From an uncultured Bacilli bacterium (GTDB lineage Bacteria; Bacillota_I; Bacilli_A; RF39; UBA660): a stretch of 64,000 bases of DNA. The number at the start of each line of letters is the position of its first letter. Within the stretch, counting starts at the first letter, position 1. The position numbers were made by a program, and so were the translations under genes. The DNA lies in assembly GCA_947598325.1 (NCBI GenBank), contig CANQFD010000001.1, positions 48,217-112,216 of the forward strand, given 5' to 3'. Under the pieces are notes generated by a model. That model searched no databases, was not told the origin of the DNA, and saw nothing but the letters and a program-made list of their open reading frames with translations. Positions 9,521 through 18,311 of this stretch are shown here, one piece after another.

Positions 9521-9579
9521 TAAAATTTTATATATTAATTCTTAATTTATGTGTTATAATTGGATAAGGAGAAAAAGAA

Positions 9580-10317
9580 ATGAAAAAATTTTTAATAATA
9601 CTTATATTAATATTATCACTTGTGATTATTGAAACATTAATGTATATAAAATTATCTTTTGAATCAAGTATTCCTATACTTGCTTATCATGATGTAATAG
9701 AAAATCCAATTAATGAAACTGATGTTAGTATAGCTAATTTTGAAAAGCAAATGAAATATTTATATAAACATAATTATAAAACATTATCACTTGATGAATT
9801 TTATAATTGGAAAAAAGGAAAGAAAATTGAAGGAAAAAAAGTTGTTTTAACTTTTGATGATGGAAAAGAAAGTTTTTATAAAACTGTAGTACCAATATTG
9901 AAAAAATATAATTTTAAAGCTGCTGTTTTTGTTATTGGAACAGCTATTAATGCAGATAATTATTTGACTTATAATCAGATACAAGATTTAAAAGATAATT
10001 ATAAAAATATATCTGTTGAAGCACATTCATATAATTTGCATATGGGTAATTTTGTTACATCTGATAATTATGATATTTATAATAGTGATATGCAAATAGA
10101 AAAAGAATGTAAATATAAATATTATGCATATCCATTTGGAATTAAAAACGATAATTATATAAAAGCATTAAAGGATAATGGCTATAAAATGGCATTTATG
10201 TATTCACCAAGTAAATGGACTAATAAAAGACAAAATAACTATGAAATTACAAGAGTTCCAATATATAAAAATAATTCATTATTAAAATTTATTATAAAAG
10301 TTAATATAAAAATATAA
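9580..10317 (+). CDS. Polysaccharide deacetylase (NodB-homology, PdaA/PdaB-like), membrane anchored.
   Basis: KVVLTFDDG plus the AAVFVIGT motifs of CE4 deacetylases. There is an N-terminal TM helix. Confidence 0.75.
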   Translation: MKKFLIILILILSLVIIETLMYIKLSFESSIPILAYHDVIENPINETDVSIANFEKQMKYLYKHNYKTLSLDEFYNWKKGKKIEGKKVVLTFDDGKESFYKTVVPILKKYNFKAAVFVIGTAINADNYLTYNQIQDLKDNYKNISVEAHSYNLHMGNFVTSDNYDIYNSDMQIEKECKYKYYAYPFGIKNDNYIKALKDNGYKMAFMYSPSKWTNKRQNNYEITRVPIYKNNSLLKFIIKVNIKI

Positions 10318-10345
10318 AAAAAGAGAAATTTTCTCTTTTTTTTTA
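10316..10345. terminator. Bidirectional intrinsic terminator between the deacetylase gene and mnmA.
   Basis: aagagaaa-tttt-ctctt hairpin flanked by A-runs and T-runs. Confidence 0.5.
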
Positions 10346-11446
10346 TAAATACCATAATTTTTCATTATTTTTTCTTACTTCTTTTATTATTCCCCCACCT
10401 AAGCATTCATCATTTAAATAAATAACACAAGCTTGACCTGGGGTTACTGATTTAACATTATCATATCTAACTATTATATTATTATCATTTAAGTATTCTA
10501 TATCTACATCTATATCCTCTTGTCTATATCTAAATTTTGCTTTTGCTTTATTTGGCCTTTTATCACTTATAAAATTTACATCCTCAACTAAACAATCAGT
10601 ACTTAATAGGTATTTTGTATCATCTCCTAATGATACATATAATATGTTTTTGTCTAAATTTTTTCCTACAACATATAATCTTTTATTGTTGCCTCCAATA
10701 TCAAGACCCCTTCTTTGTCCAATTGTATAATACATTAATCCTATATGTTCTCCTACTTTTTTATTTGAGTCAATATCAATAATATCCCCTTTTTGATTAG
10801 GAAGATAATTAGTTAAAAATTCTTTAAAATTTCTTTCGCCAATAAAGCAAATCCCAGTAGAATCTTTTTTATCTGCTACAATAAGATCTAAATCTTTAGC
10901 AATTTTTCTAACTTCTGTTTTGTTAAGATTTCCAATAGGAAATAATACGTTTTTAAATTTATCTTTTGAAACCTGTGATAAGAAATACGTTTGATCTTTA
11001 TTTTTATCAAGTCCTTTATATAATTTTCCATCAATTAGTCTTGCATAGTGTCCAGTTGCAATAAAATCAGCCCCTAATTTATCTGCTTCCTTTTTAAACA
11101 TATCAAACTTTATATATTTATTACACATTATATCTGGATTAGGGGTTCTTCCTTTTTTTAGTTCATCTAAAAAATATGTAAAAACATAGTCCCAATATTC
11201 TTTTACAAAATCAATTCTATGAAGTTTAATATTAAGTTTTTTACATACTTCAACAGCATCGTTGTAATCTTGTTCTTGAGTACATATATTATTATTTAAA
11301 GTTGGATTACCAAGTATATCATTATTTACAGAACTATCCCAGTTTCTCATAAATAACCCTTCTACATCATATCCTTCTTTTTTTAATAAATAAGCACTTA
11401 CTATTGAATCTACCCCACCACTTATACCTACAATAACTTTTTTCAT
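10343..11446 (-). CDS. mnmA: tRNA-specific 2-thiouridylase MnmA.
   Basis: PP-loop VGISGGVDS. Also the conserved Cys-containing blocks (GICFIGE) and the MnmA C-terminal domain. Confidence 0.9.
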   Translation of the reverse strand: MKKVIVGISGGVDSIVSAYLLKKEGYDVEGLFMRNWDSSVNNDILGNPTLNNNICTQEQDYNDAVEVCKKLNIKLHRIDFVKEYWDYVFTYFLDELKKGRTPNPDIMCNKYIKFDMFKKEADKLGADFIATGHYARLIDGKLYKGLDKNKDQTYFLSQVSKDKFKNVLFPIGNLNKTEVRKIAKDLDLIVADKKDSTGICFIGERNFKEFLTNYLPNQKGDIIDIDSNKKVGEHIGLMYYTIGQRRGLDIGGNNKRLYVVGKNLDKNILYVSLGDDTKYLLSTDCLVEDVNFISDKRPNKAKAKFRYRQEDIDVDIEYLNDNNIIVRYDNVKSVTPGQACVIYLNDECLGGGIIKEVRKNNEKLWYL

Positions 11447-11471
11447 AAAACTTCACCGTTTAAATTATAAC

Positions 11472-12104
11472 TTATTTAATTAAATTAGTAAATATTCTAA
11501 GTAAGTAAGGAGATAAAAATGCATCTATTAGTGCACATAAAATAGATAATAAAATAGATATTAATAAAATAAAGAAATATTTACCCATAAATGTTTTAAA
11601 ATTTATAGTTTTTTTTGTAAATGCAGCCTTTATTAATTTAATAGCTAATACAAGAGAATATGTGGCTAAACCAATTGATAAGATACTTGTTATAATACCT
11701 GATGGAAAAATGTAAAAAAATGCCCCTAAAATACCTTTTAAACCATATTTAGCAAATATAGAACTAATAGAAAAACCAACTATAAAAGATTTAAAAAAAG
11801 TCATTAATACTATTATAGGTATTCCAATTACTGATAATCCAAGAAGCCAAAGAGATATAAAATATAATAGATTTGATATAAGAGAATTTTTAAAAATAGA
11901 AAGTTGCATCTCAAAATCTATTTTATTTTGCATTAGAAAATACTCGTTTACTTTATTAATAATAGTTTGCTTTTCCCCTGTTTTTAAAATAGTAATATAA
12001 ATACTTCCAAATATTAATCCAATAATAAATATAACAAATACTAGTAATAAAATATTATTTTTATTTTTAAGTTCTTTTTTATAATTATTGTACATTTCTT
12101 TCAT
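11472..12104 (-). CDS. SpoIIM-like (DUF95) polytopic membrane protein.
   Basis: 210 aa, one N-terminal TM helix and 3-4 C-terminal TM helices. Size and topology fit stage II sporulation protein M. I see no unambiguous motif. Confidence 0.35.
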   Translation of the reverse strand: MKEMYNNYKKELKNKNNILLLVFVIFIIGLIFGSIYITILKTGEKQTIINKVNEYFLMQNKIDFEMQLSIFKNSLISNLLYFISLWLLGLSVIGIPIIVLMTFFKSFIVGFSISSIFAKYGLKGILGAFFYIFPSGIITSILSIGLATYSLVLAIKLIKAAFTKKTINFKTFMGKYFFILLISILLSILCALIDAFLSPYLLRIFTNLIK

Positions 12105-12182
12105 TAATAATTTCTCCTTTTCTTAAATATATTAATGCTTGTACAATTTTATAACAAAAAAATGATATAAATTTACTTTATA

Positions 12183-12518
12183 TCATCTTCTATATATTTT
12201 ATTAATAGAATTATTTATATCATAAATAGTCTCTTTATATACTGTTAATGCTTTCTGTGATGTTTTATGTATACTCATTATATCAATATTTAATATATTA
12301 CTGATTTTTTCATCTGAATAACATTTATTAAATTTAAGTATAACAATTACAGCTTCTTCATAGTTAAAGTAATTTAAAAGTTCATTAAACTGACTAGTTT
12401 TCATTATTTCAATAATACTTATATACTCTTCTTCTAGAATCATACATTTATTTTTAAGCATTGTATTTACTATTTTTTCTTTTTGTTTTATTTTTTTTAC
12501 TCCATCTGATCTATTCAT
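12183..12518 (-). CDS. Small DNA-binding protein with an HTH that resembles sigma-70 region 4.
   Basis: EEAVIVILKFNKCYSDEKISNILNIDIMSIHKTSQKAL resembles region 4.2 and YlxM-type HTH proteins. It is driven by copy 2 of the duplicated promoter module. Confidence 0.4.
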   Translation of the reverse strand: MNRSDGVKKIKQKEKIVNTMLKNKCMILEEEYISIIEIMKTSQFNELLNYFNYEEAVIVILKFNKCYSDEKISNILNIDIMSIHKTSQKALTVYKETIYDINNSINKIYRR

Positions 12519-12586
12519 TTTTTACATCTCCCCCCACTGCATTTATATTGTAGCATTTTACAAAAAAATGTCAAGTCAAAGTAAAT
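12519..12586 (-). promoter_or_regulatory. Consensus sigma-A promoter plus a short 5'UTR. This is copy 2 of the duplicated module.
   Basis: Read on the minus strand: TTGACA, 16 nt, TGcTACAAT, RBS GGGGAGATG, then ATGAAT. It is near-identical to 9455..9520. Confidence 0.5.
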
Positions 12587-12727
12587 TGATATAATTATTT
12601 CATCTATTTTTATGATATTGAAATTTTACAAATTTCATCAATAAGTCCAAATCTTAATTTTATTACTCTCTTATATCAAATCTATATATTTTTATAACTG
12701 AGATAACAGGTATTAATTTTTTTAATA

Positions 12728-12754
12728 ACCTTTTTTTTTGATAATCATATTATA
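12728..12754 (+). promoter_or_regulatory. Candidate sigma-K (or sigma-E) type sporulation promoter.
   Basis: AC at 12728-9, a 16-nt spacer, then CATATTATA at 12746-54 (sigma-K consensus AC-16/17-CATAnnnTA). It lies 20 nt upstream of the AAGGAG RBS. Confidence 0.3.
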
Positions 12755-12773
12755 CTATGAAAGGAGTATTTTT

Positions 12774-13034
12774 ATGAATTCAAATTATAATAATATCCCA
12801 AGTATTTATAATAGATATCCATCTAATAATAATGTCATTTATAGACCTACTGCGTTAAATAGTCAAAATGATGAAAGACTAGTTGGTGGGTTTCTTGGTC
12901 CATTTATATTAGGAGGTATTACCGGTGGACTTGTCTCTCCATTCTTCTATGGAGGATATAATAATAGACCTCCAGTATATTATTATCAACCAGGACCATA
13001 TAGACCACCATATTATGGGCCAAGACCTTATTAA
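12774..13034 (+). CDS. Small Gly/Tyr/Pro-rich protein, spore-coat-like.
   Basis: 86 aa with strongly biased composition (GGFLGPFILGGITGG, YGGYNNRPPVYYYQPGPYRPPYYGPRPY), like Tyr-rich coat proteins. There is a strong RBS at 12761-6. I prefer this start to the ATG at 12738, which has no RBS. Confidence 0.5.
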   Translation: MNSNYNNIPSIYNRYPSNNNVIYRPTALNSQNDERLVGGFLGPFILGGITGGLVSPFFYGGYNNRPPVYYYQPGPYRPPYYGPRPY

Positions 13035-13203
13035 AAGAGTATTTATTAATAATATTGATTATTTTAAATATTTTTAAATTTTATTAAGTTACTTTTTTAC
13101 TGTTATTGTATGAAGTATATTATATATAATGAGGTGTTAATATTATATTTGCAACACCTTTTTATATGGCAAATATATCATTATATAATTCTCCTTTATT
13201 AAA

Positions 13204-14262
13204 TTAAACAACTCTTTTTAAAAGAGGTATTTTACTAGCCAAATAAGATATAATAAATGAAATTATAAATACTAAAATAAAGCATATAGGAATATTAATA
13301 ATAGCTATATCTAATCCAACATTAATTAAAATTTTATTAACAATAGTAATTATTAATGGATGAATAGCATATATTCCTAAACTATTTTTAGAAATATTTG
13401 AAATTATTTTTTTATTTGTATATTCTATATTTTTATATTTATCTTTTATTATTACAAAAATCATAATAGATTGAAAAAATACATTTATTGTTAAATTATC
13501 ATACATTTGTATAGCTGTTTCTTTAGATATTGAAAGAATAGCAGTTGAACCAAATGTTATTATGATACTTATAATTCCTAATATATATAATAATTTTTTA
13601 TTTTTAATATTATAATTATTTAAGTACCAACCTAATATAAAATAAGTTGTATAACCTTCTACATATTTTAAATTTATATTTGAAAGTGCTATATTTATGT
13701 GCTCAAATAAAGTATTATAGTAACTACCAATAAGGATAATTTCAGGCATTATGAATGATAAAATAACTGATATTACAATAAAATATTCTACATATTTTTT
13801 ATTTTCATCTTTAACCCATAATCTTAATAATGGCACTATTAAGTATAAACCAATAATCATATAAATGAACCATAAATGAAAATGTCCATCTATGATACTT
13901 TCAATAAACTTTACTATATCTAATGGTTCATGCTTTATAAATATAGGAATAAAAATATTATAAATAACACTATATAATATAGACCAAAAAATCAAAAATC
14001 GTATCATTTTACTTATATGATTAATTAATTTTTTATTTGTATATTTATAATTTTTATCTAACATTAAACTTCCAGATATCATAATAAAAATAGGTACACC
14101 AATTCTTGCAATACTATCGAAAAAATTCCCAACATAAAAATTAGATGAGCCAAAATCTTTTATAACAAATCTTGAACTTGTATGAATCATTATAATTGCC
14201 AAGCATGCTATAACTCTTAAAATATCTAAATAATAAATTCTTTTATTTGATTCTTTAGGCAT
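13204..14262 (-). CDS. Membrane acyltransferase, family 3 (OafA/YrhL-like).
   Basis: YLDILRVIACLAIIMIHT N-terminal signature and about 10 TM helices. Confidence 0.75.
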   Translation of the reverse strand: MPKESNKRIYYLDILRVIACLAIIMIHTSSRFVIKDFGSSNFYVGNFFDSIARIGVPIFIMISGSLMLDKNYKYTNKKLINHISKMIRFLIFWSILYSVIYNIFIPIFIKHEPLDIVKFIESIIDGHFHLWFIYMIIGLYLIVPLLRLWVKDENKKYVEYFIVISVILSFIMPEIILIGSYYNTLFEHINIALSNINLKYVEGYTTYFILGWYLNNYNIKNKKLLYILGIISIIITFGSTAILSISKETAIQMYDNLTINVFFQSIMIFVIIKDKYKNIEYTNKKIISNISKNSLGIYAIHPLIITIVNKILINVGLDIAIINIPICFILVFIISFIISYLASKIPLLKRVV

Positions 14263-14358
14263 ATATTATTTCTCCCCTATAATATAAAAATCTCTTTAAT
14301 ATTTTATCAGAGATTTCATAAATAAACAAGATACTTAGATTTTAATATTATATTCATT

Positions 14359-15138
14359 TTATATTCTTCTATCTATTTTTAATGTTTTATTTTTTAAATA
14401 ATTTTTTTCTGTTTTATAAATATTTTCATCTAATATTAAATGTTTTTTATTCCTATACATATCTTTTAATTTTCTTATTTTTTTGTATTTTTTATACTCA
14501 TTTTTATGTATTCTTCTTTCTAGTATAAATCTAGTATAAATCATTTTTCTATTTTTTAAGCTATATAAAGTTTGAAATATTAAAAATAGTATTATTATAT
14601 AATAACTACTATCAAAATTATATAATAATAAAAATAAAGTTATTGTTAAAATAGAAATAATTATATTAATAAGATATGATATTCTAAAGTTAAAGAATTT
14701 ATTAAAAATTATATTAAATATTTTAGCGCCATCAAGAGGAATAATAGGAAGTAAATTAAAAATTAATATAGATAAATTATAATTTTTAAAAAGTGAAAAC
14801 ATGTAATCACTTATATAGTAATTATTATGTAGTATTATTATAATAAAAAATAAGATTTCTTGAAATATTGGTCCCATTATAGTAACTAAAAATTCTTGAA
14901 ATAATGGTTTATCAATAACATCATCCAAAGTTGTTACTCCTCCAAATGGATATATATTAATTTTTTTTATATTCCATTTATAGTAACTCATAATTAAGAA
15001 ATGACCAAATTCATGTATTATTATAATAATAAATATAACTAATACTTCTTTAATTAAACCTGTTATCAAACACAAAAATAATAGTAATAATGTATAATTA
15101 TTAATATATATACTATTTAAGAACTTCTTTATAATCAA
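14359..15138 (-). CDS. spoIVFB: M50 site-2 metalloprotease, likely SpoIVFB (the pro-sigma-K processing enzyme).
   Basis: HEFGH zinc motif inside a TM helix and NLLPIIPLDG (the LDG motif). It sits immediately downstream of an M23-like gene and mreCD, as in B. subtilis. Confidence 0.65.
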   Translation of the reverse strand: MIIKKFLNSIYINNYTLLLLFLCLITGLIKEVLVIFIIIIIHEFGHFLIMSYYKWNIKKINIYPFGGVTTLDDVIDKPLFQEFLVTIMGPIFQEILFFIIIILHNNYYISDYMFSLFKNYNLSILIFNLLPIIPLDGAKIFNIIFNKFFNFRISYLINIIISILTITLFLLLYNFDSSYYIIILFLIFQTLYSLKNRKMIYTRFILERRIHKNEYKKYKKIRKLKDMYRNKKHLILDENIYKTEKNYLKNKTLKIDRRI

Positions 15139-15739
15139 TATCTACTCCATCCTTTTGAAATTGTAAATATAATTCATTATTTTTAGCTTCTCCAACAATA
15201 TCATTATCTGAAACATAGTCATATAATTTCATATTTACATTAGATAGATTGCCATACCATACATCTATTCCATCAGATTGTTGTATAATTACTGTTTTAC
15301 CAAGTTTTTCTTTATCTCCAACAAATATAACAATACCTCCCTTTATAATTGGTATTGCGTAATTATCAGATAATTTTAGTTTAACACCTTTATTATAGGT
15401 AGATAAGTTTTCATATGTTAGTTTTTCACTAAAGACTTTTTTTTCTTTAAATATATTCTCAAAGGGAATTATATTTCCAATATTATCATTATAAAATTTT
15501 TTTATAGAAGAAAAGGATATATTTTTATTATACACGTAATTATATATTTTATTTTTAACTTGAGGATTTATCTTACATAAAACTGTACAAATTATAAATA
15601 TACATAGTATAATTGATGATTTAATAAAAAATACCTTGATTTTATTTGATTTCTTTTGATGGCTTGTACTCTCTTTTTTACTATTTTTTTTATTTTTAAT
15701 TCTTCTTTGTATATCATCAATATTATTCATTTTCTTCAC
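15113..15739 (-). CDS. spoIVFA: SpoIVFA-like protein (degenerate LytM/M23 domain, membrane anchored).
   Basis: Basic N-terminus plus a TM helix. The C-terminal fold GGIVIFVGDKEKLGKTVIIQQSDGIDVWYGNLSNV is M23-like but lacks catalytic His residues. It overlaps the spoIVFB start. Confidence 0.5.
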   Translation of the reverse strand: MKKMNNIDDIQRRIKNKKNSKKESTSHQKKSNKIKVFFIKSSIILCIFIICTVLCKINPQVKNKIYNYVYNKNISFSSIKKFYNDNIGNIIPFENIFKEKKVFSEKLTYENLSTYNKGVKLKLSDNYAIPIIKGGIVIFVGDKEKLGKTVIIQQSDGIDVWYGNLSNVNMKLYDYVSDNDIVGEAKNNELYLQFQKDGVDIDYKEVLK

Positions 15740-15762
15740 CTACTTAAATAATATGAATAATA

Positions 15763-16248
15763 TTACAAAATATTCTTTAGAAATTTTTTACATGATATAA
15801 AATATAATGAAAAGATATATATTAAATTTATTATAAAAACATGTTTAATTATATATATAAGATCTAAAATATCATAATCATAGTAATTAGTTATATTAAA
15901 GATTAGAAACAAAATAATATTGTAGAATAATATTATAATTATAGATAATAAAATTATGTTTATAAAGTTAAAGTTTAGTTTTTTTAAATAATTATATATA
16001 ATATATGCTATTATAAAAAATAAAATCGCATTTAATATGTAAAAATTAGTAAATACTATATCATATATAAATCCAACTATAGAAGAAAATAGTAAATAAT
16101 CTTTTTTACTATTTTTAAAATATGGATATATAAATATAAGTGATAAAGGTGTAAATAAAGGAAGCATATAAAATTCATTAGGTATGTATAAATTGACTAA
16201 ATTTTCAAGAATAAGACTAATAAATACAATTAAAACATTATACGTCAC
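15763..16248 (-). CDS. mreD: Rod shape-determining protein MreD.
   Basis: 161-aa polytopic membrane protein directly downstream of mreC, overlapping it by 4 nt. Confidence 0.5.
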   Translation of the reverse strand: MTYNVLIVFISLILENLVNLYIPNEFYMLPLFTPLSLIFIYPYFKNSKKDYLLFSSIVGFIYDIVFTNFYILNAILFFIIAYIIYNYLKKLNFNFINIILLSIIIILFYNIILFLIFNITNYYDYDILDLIYIIKHVFIINLIYIFSLYFISCKKFLKNIL

Positions 16249-17039
16249 TTATTATCACCTACCACTGTTACTATTTTTATATTATTAAAATTTGCTGAAG
16301 GTTTTATTTTAATAGTATTTGAAATGCCATATATATCTTTATTTATATCTTCTATTTGACCAATTAATAGTCCTGATGAAAATGAATCACTTAATCCTGA
16401 TGTAACAACATTTATACCCTTTATTTTATTAATGTTGAAGTCCCCTATTACATTTTTTAAATATAATTCATTTTTTTCAATATTGTATTCATCTATTAAT
16501 CCATAATATGGATTATCGTCTACGTAAAATAAAGCAGATATGTAATTATTATCATTTTTTGAAGTAAGTAATTTAATTTCACTTGTATATCTATTTACTT
16601 TAATTACTTTCCCTATTAGACCTTTGTCATTTACTACGGCATTTCCTTTTTTTATATTATTTTTGCTTCCTTTATTAATTGTTAATGTATTATACCAAAA
16701 TGTAGAACTTCTCTTTATTACACTAGCATTAATTAGTTTCTTATCACTCATTACTTTATTTAATTCCAAAGTTTCTTTTAAGTTCTTTATTTCATTTTCT
16801 AAATCTTTATTTATTTCACTTGATAAATTAGAATCTTTCTTAGTTACTGGTATATCAACTACTCTATATATACTGGCACCTAAATCTTTTAATAAAGTAA
16901 ATATAATATTATCTTTTTTATTATCATTAATAAAATAAAATAATCCTAAAAAAAAGCATAATATTACTAAAATAATAATCAAATATTTTTTATTTTTTCC
17001 CTTTTTTTTCTTATTCATACTAAATATCTCCATTTTCAT
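16245..17039 (-). CDS. mreC: Rod shape-determining protein MreC.
   Basis: N-terminal TM helix, a coiled-coil (ENEIKNLKETLELNK), and a C-terminal beta-rich domain with GLLIGQI. Position is radC-mreC-mreD. Confidence 0.65.
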   Translation of the reverse strand: MKMEIFSMNKKKKGKNKKYLIIILVILCFFLGLFYFINDNKKDNIIFTLLKDLGASIYRVVDIPVTKKDSNLSSEINKDLENEIKNLKETLELNKVMSDKKLINASVIKRSSTFWYNTLTINKGSKNNIKKGNAVVNDKGLIGKVIKVNRYTSEIKLLTSKNDNNYISALFYVDDNPYYGLIDEYNIEKNELYLKNVIGDFNINKIKGINVVTSGLSDSFSSGLLIGQIEDINKDIYGISNTIKIKPSANFNNIKIVTVVGDNK

Positions 17040-17700
17040 AAAAACTATAGTAATTATTTCCTATTATTATATGATCAATTATTTCTATTCCTTGAAGCTT
17101 TCCTATTTTTACTAATGATTTAGTTAAACTTATATCTTCAACAGAAGGAAGTGTATCTCCACTAGGATGATTATGAATACATACAATAGATGAAGCACTG
17201 AATAAATATGCATATTTAAATATTTCCCTTGGATGAACTATACTTCTATTTATTGTACCAATGAATAATAGTTTTTTCTCAATCAAATATTTTTTTGTAT
17301 CCAAATATAAGCAATAAAAATACTCTTGCTTCTTTCCTTTCAATTCGTCTTTAATATAGGAATATATTAAATCAGCAGAATTCATTTTTATCTTTGACAT
17401 ATTTTTCTCATAATATACCCTTTTTCCAAGTTCAAGTGCAGATAATAATTTTATAGCCTTAATTTCTCCTATTCCTTTAATCTGTTTTAATTTATTTAAT
17501 GATATTGTTTTTAAATCTGTTATATCATTTAAAGTAGATAATATATTTTCTGCTAAATCTTTAACAGATTTATTTTTTGTTCCTGTATTTAATAATATAC
17601 TAATAAGTTCACAATTCGATAAATTTTGAACGCCATATTTTAAAAATCTCTCTCTTGGCCTATCACTTTGTGGAATATCTTTTATTAATAAATTACTCAC
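17020..17700 (-). CDS. radC: RadC-like JAB/MPN domain protein (UPF0758).
   Basis: HHH-motif N-terminus and the JAMM motif HNHPSGDTLPSVEDISLT. Confidence 0.85.
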   Translation of the reverse strand: MSNLLIKDIPQSDRPRERFLKYGVQNLSNCELISILLNTGTKNKSVKDLAENILSTLNDITDLKTISLNKLKQIKGIGEIKAIKLLSALELGKRVYYEKNMSKIKMNSADLIYSYIKDELKGKKQEYFYCLYLDTKKYLIEKKLLFIGTINRSIVHPREIFKYAYLFSASSIVCIHNHPSGDTLPSVEDISLTKSLVKIGKLQGIEIIDHIIIGNNYYSFYENGDI

Positions 17701-18166
17701 TTCTAAGTATCAACTCCTCATATTTTGATAAAATCTGATTTTGAGAATTTAAAATAGTTGATTTATTATTACTATTTTCTACTAAAATGTCATATTGATT
17801 CAATAATTCAATAAATTCCAAATTATCTACTTTCACTTGTTTTAAATATATTTCATCATTAATATTATAAGCATCAACTATTTTATCTTTTAATTTCTTT
17901 TCTTTTGTTATTCCAATTAATACATGATAATTATTATTATCAACGTAGTAAAAATATTTTTTTAAATTTTTAGTATTTTGAATCATTGATTCATTACTAG
18001 AATAAACACCATACTGTAATAAATAAATATTTTCTTTTTTGTTTTCAGCAAAGGCTGTTGTAACCTCCTTTTCATAGCCATTATAAATATATTTGCCTAT
18101 TAATACACCTATTATGACTGCCATTAAAATATAATATATTTTTTTATTTTTCATATTATCACCCAC
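17693..18166 (-). CDS. Hypothetical membrane-anchored protein. Its stop overlaps the radC start.
   Basis: ORF with an N-terminal TM helix (YYILMAVIIGVLIG). I recognise no motif. Confidence 0.4.
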   Translation of the reverse strand: MGDNMKNKKIYYILMAVIIGVLIGKYIYNGYEKEVTTAFAENKKENIYLLQYGVYSSNESMIQNTKNLKKYFYYVDNNNYHVLIGITKEKKLKDKIVDAYNINDEIYLKQVKVDNLEFIELLNQYDILVENSNNKSTILNSQNQILSKYEELILRSE

Positions 18167-18257
18167 TAATATAATAAAATATTTATTTACATAAATATGT
18201 CGAAAATTAACAAATTCTTTTCTATAATTTTATTATCTTAGTAAATTTAAAAAGCCA

Positions 18258-18286
18258 CTAAAAAATGGACTATTATTGTCCATCTT
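18258..18286 (-). terminator. Intrinsic terminator downstream of proS.
   Basis: atggacaataatagtccat hairpin followed by a T-run on the minus strand. Confidence 0.5.
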
Positions 18287-18311
18287 TTAAATTAATTAAA
18301 TATATAAAATT

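Noticed and set aside
9379-9567. 62-aa + strand ORF overlapping the start and promoter of the HTH regulator.
   Set aside because: It overlaps the conserved promoter module and the gene start on the other strand. It has no RBS.
12738-12773. The upstream ATG listed as the start of the Gly/Tyr-rich ORF.
   Set aside because: It has no RBS. The ATG at 12774 is preceded by AAGGAG at the ideal spacing.
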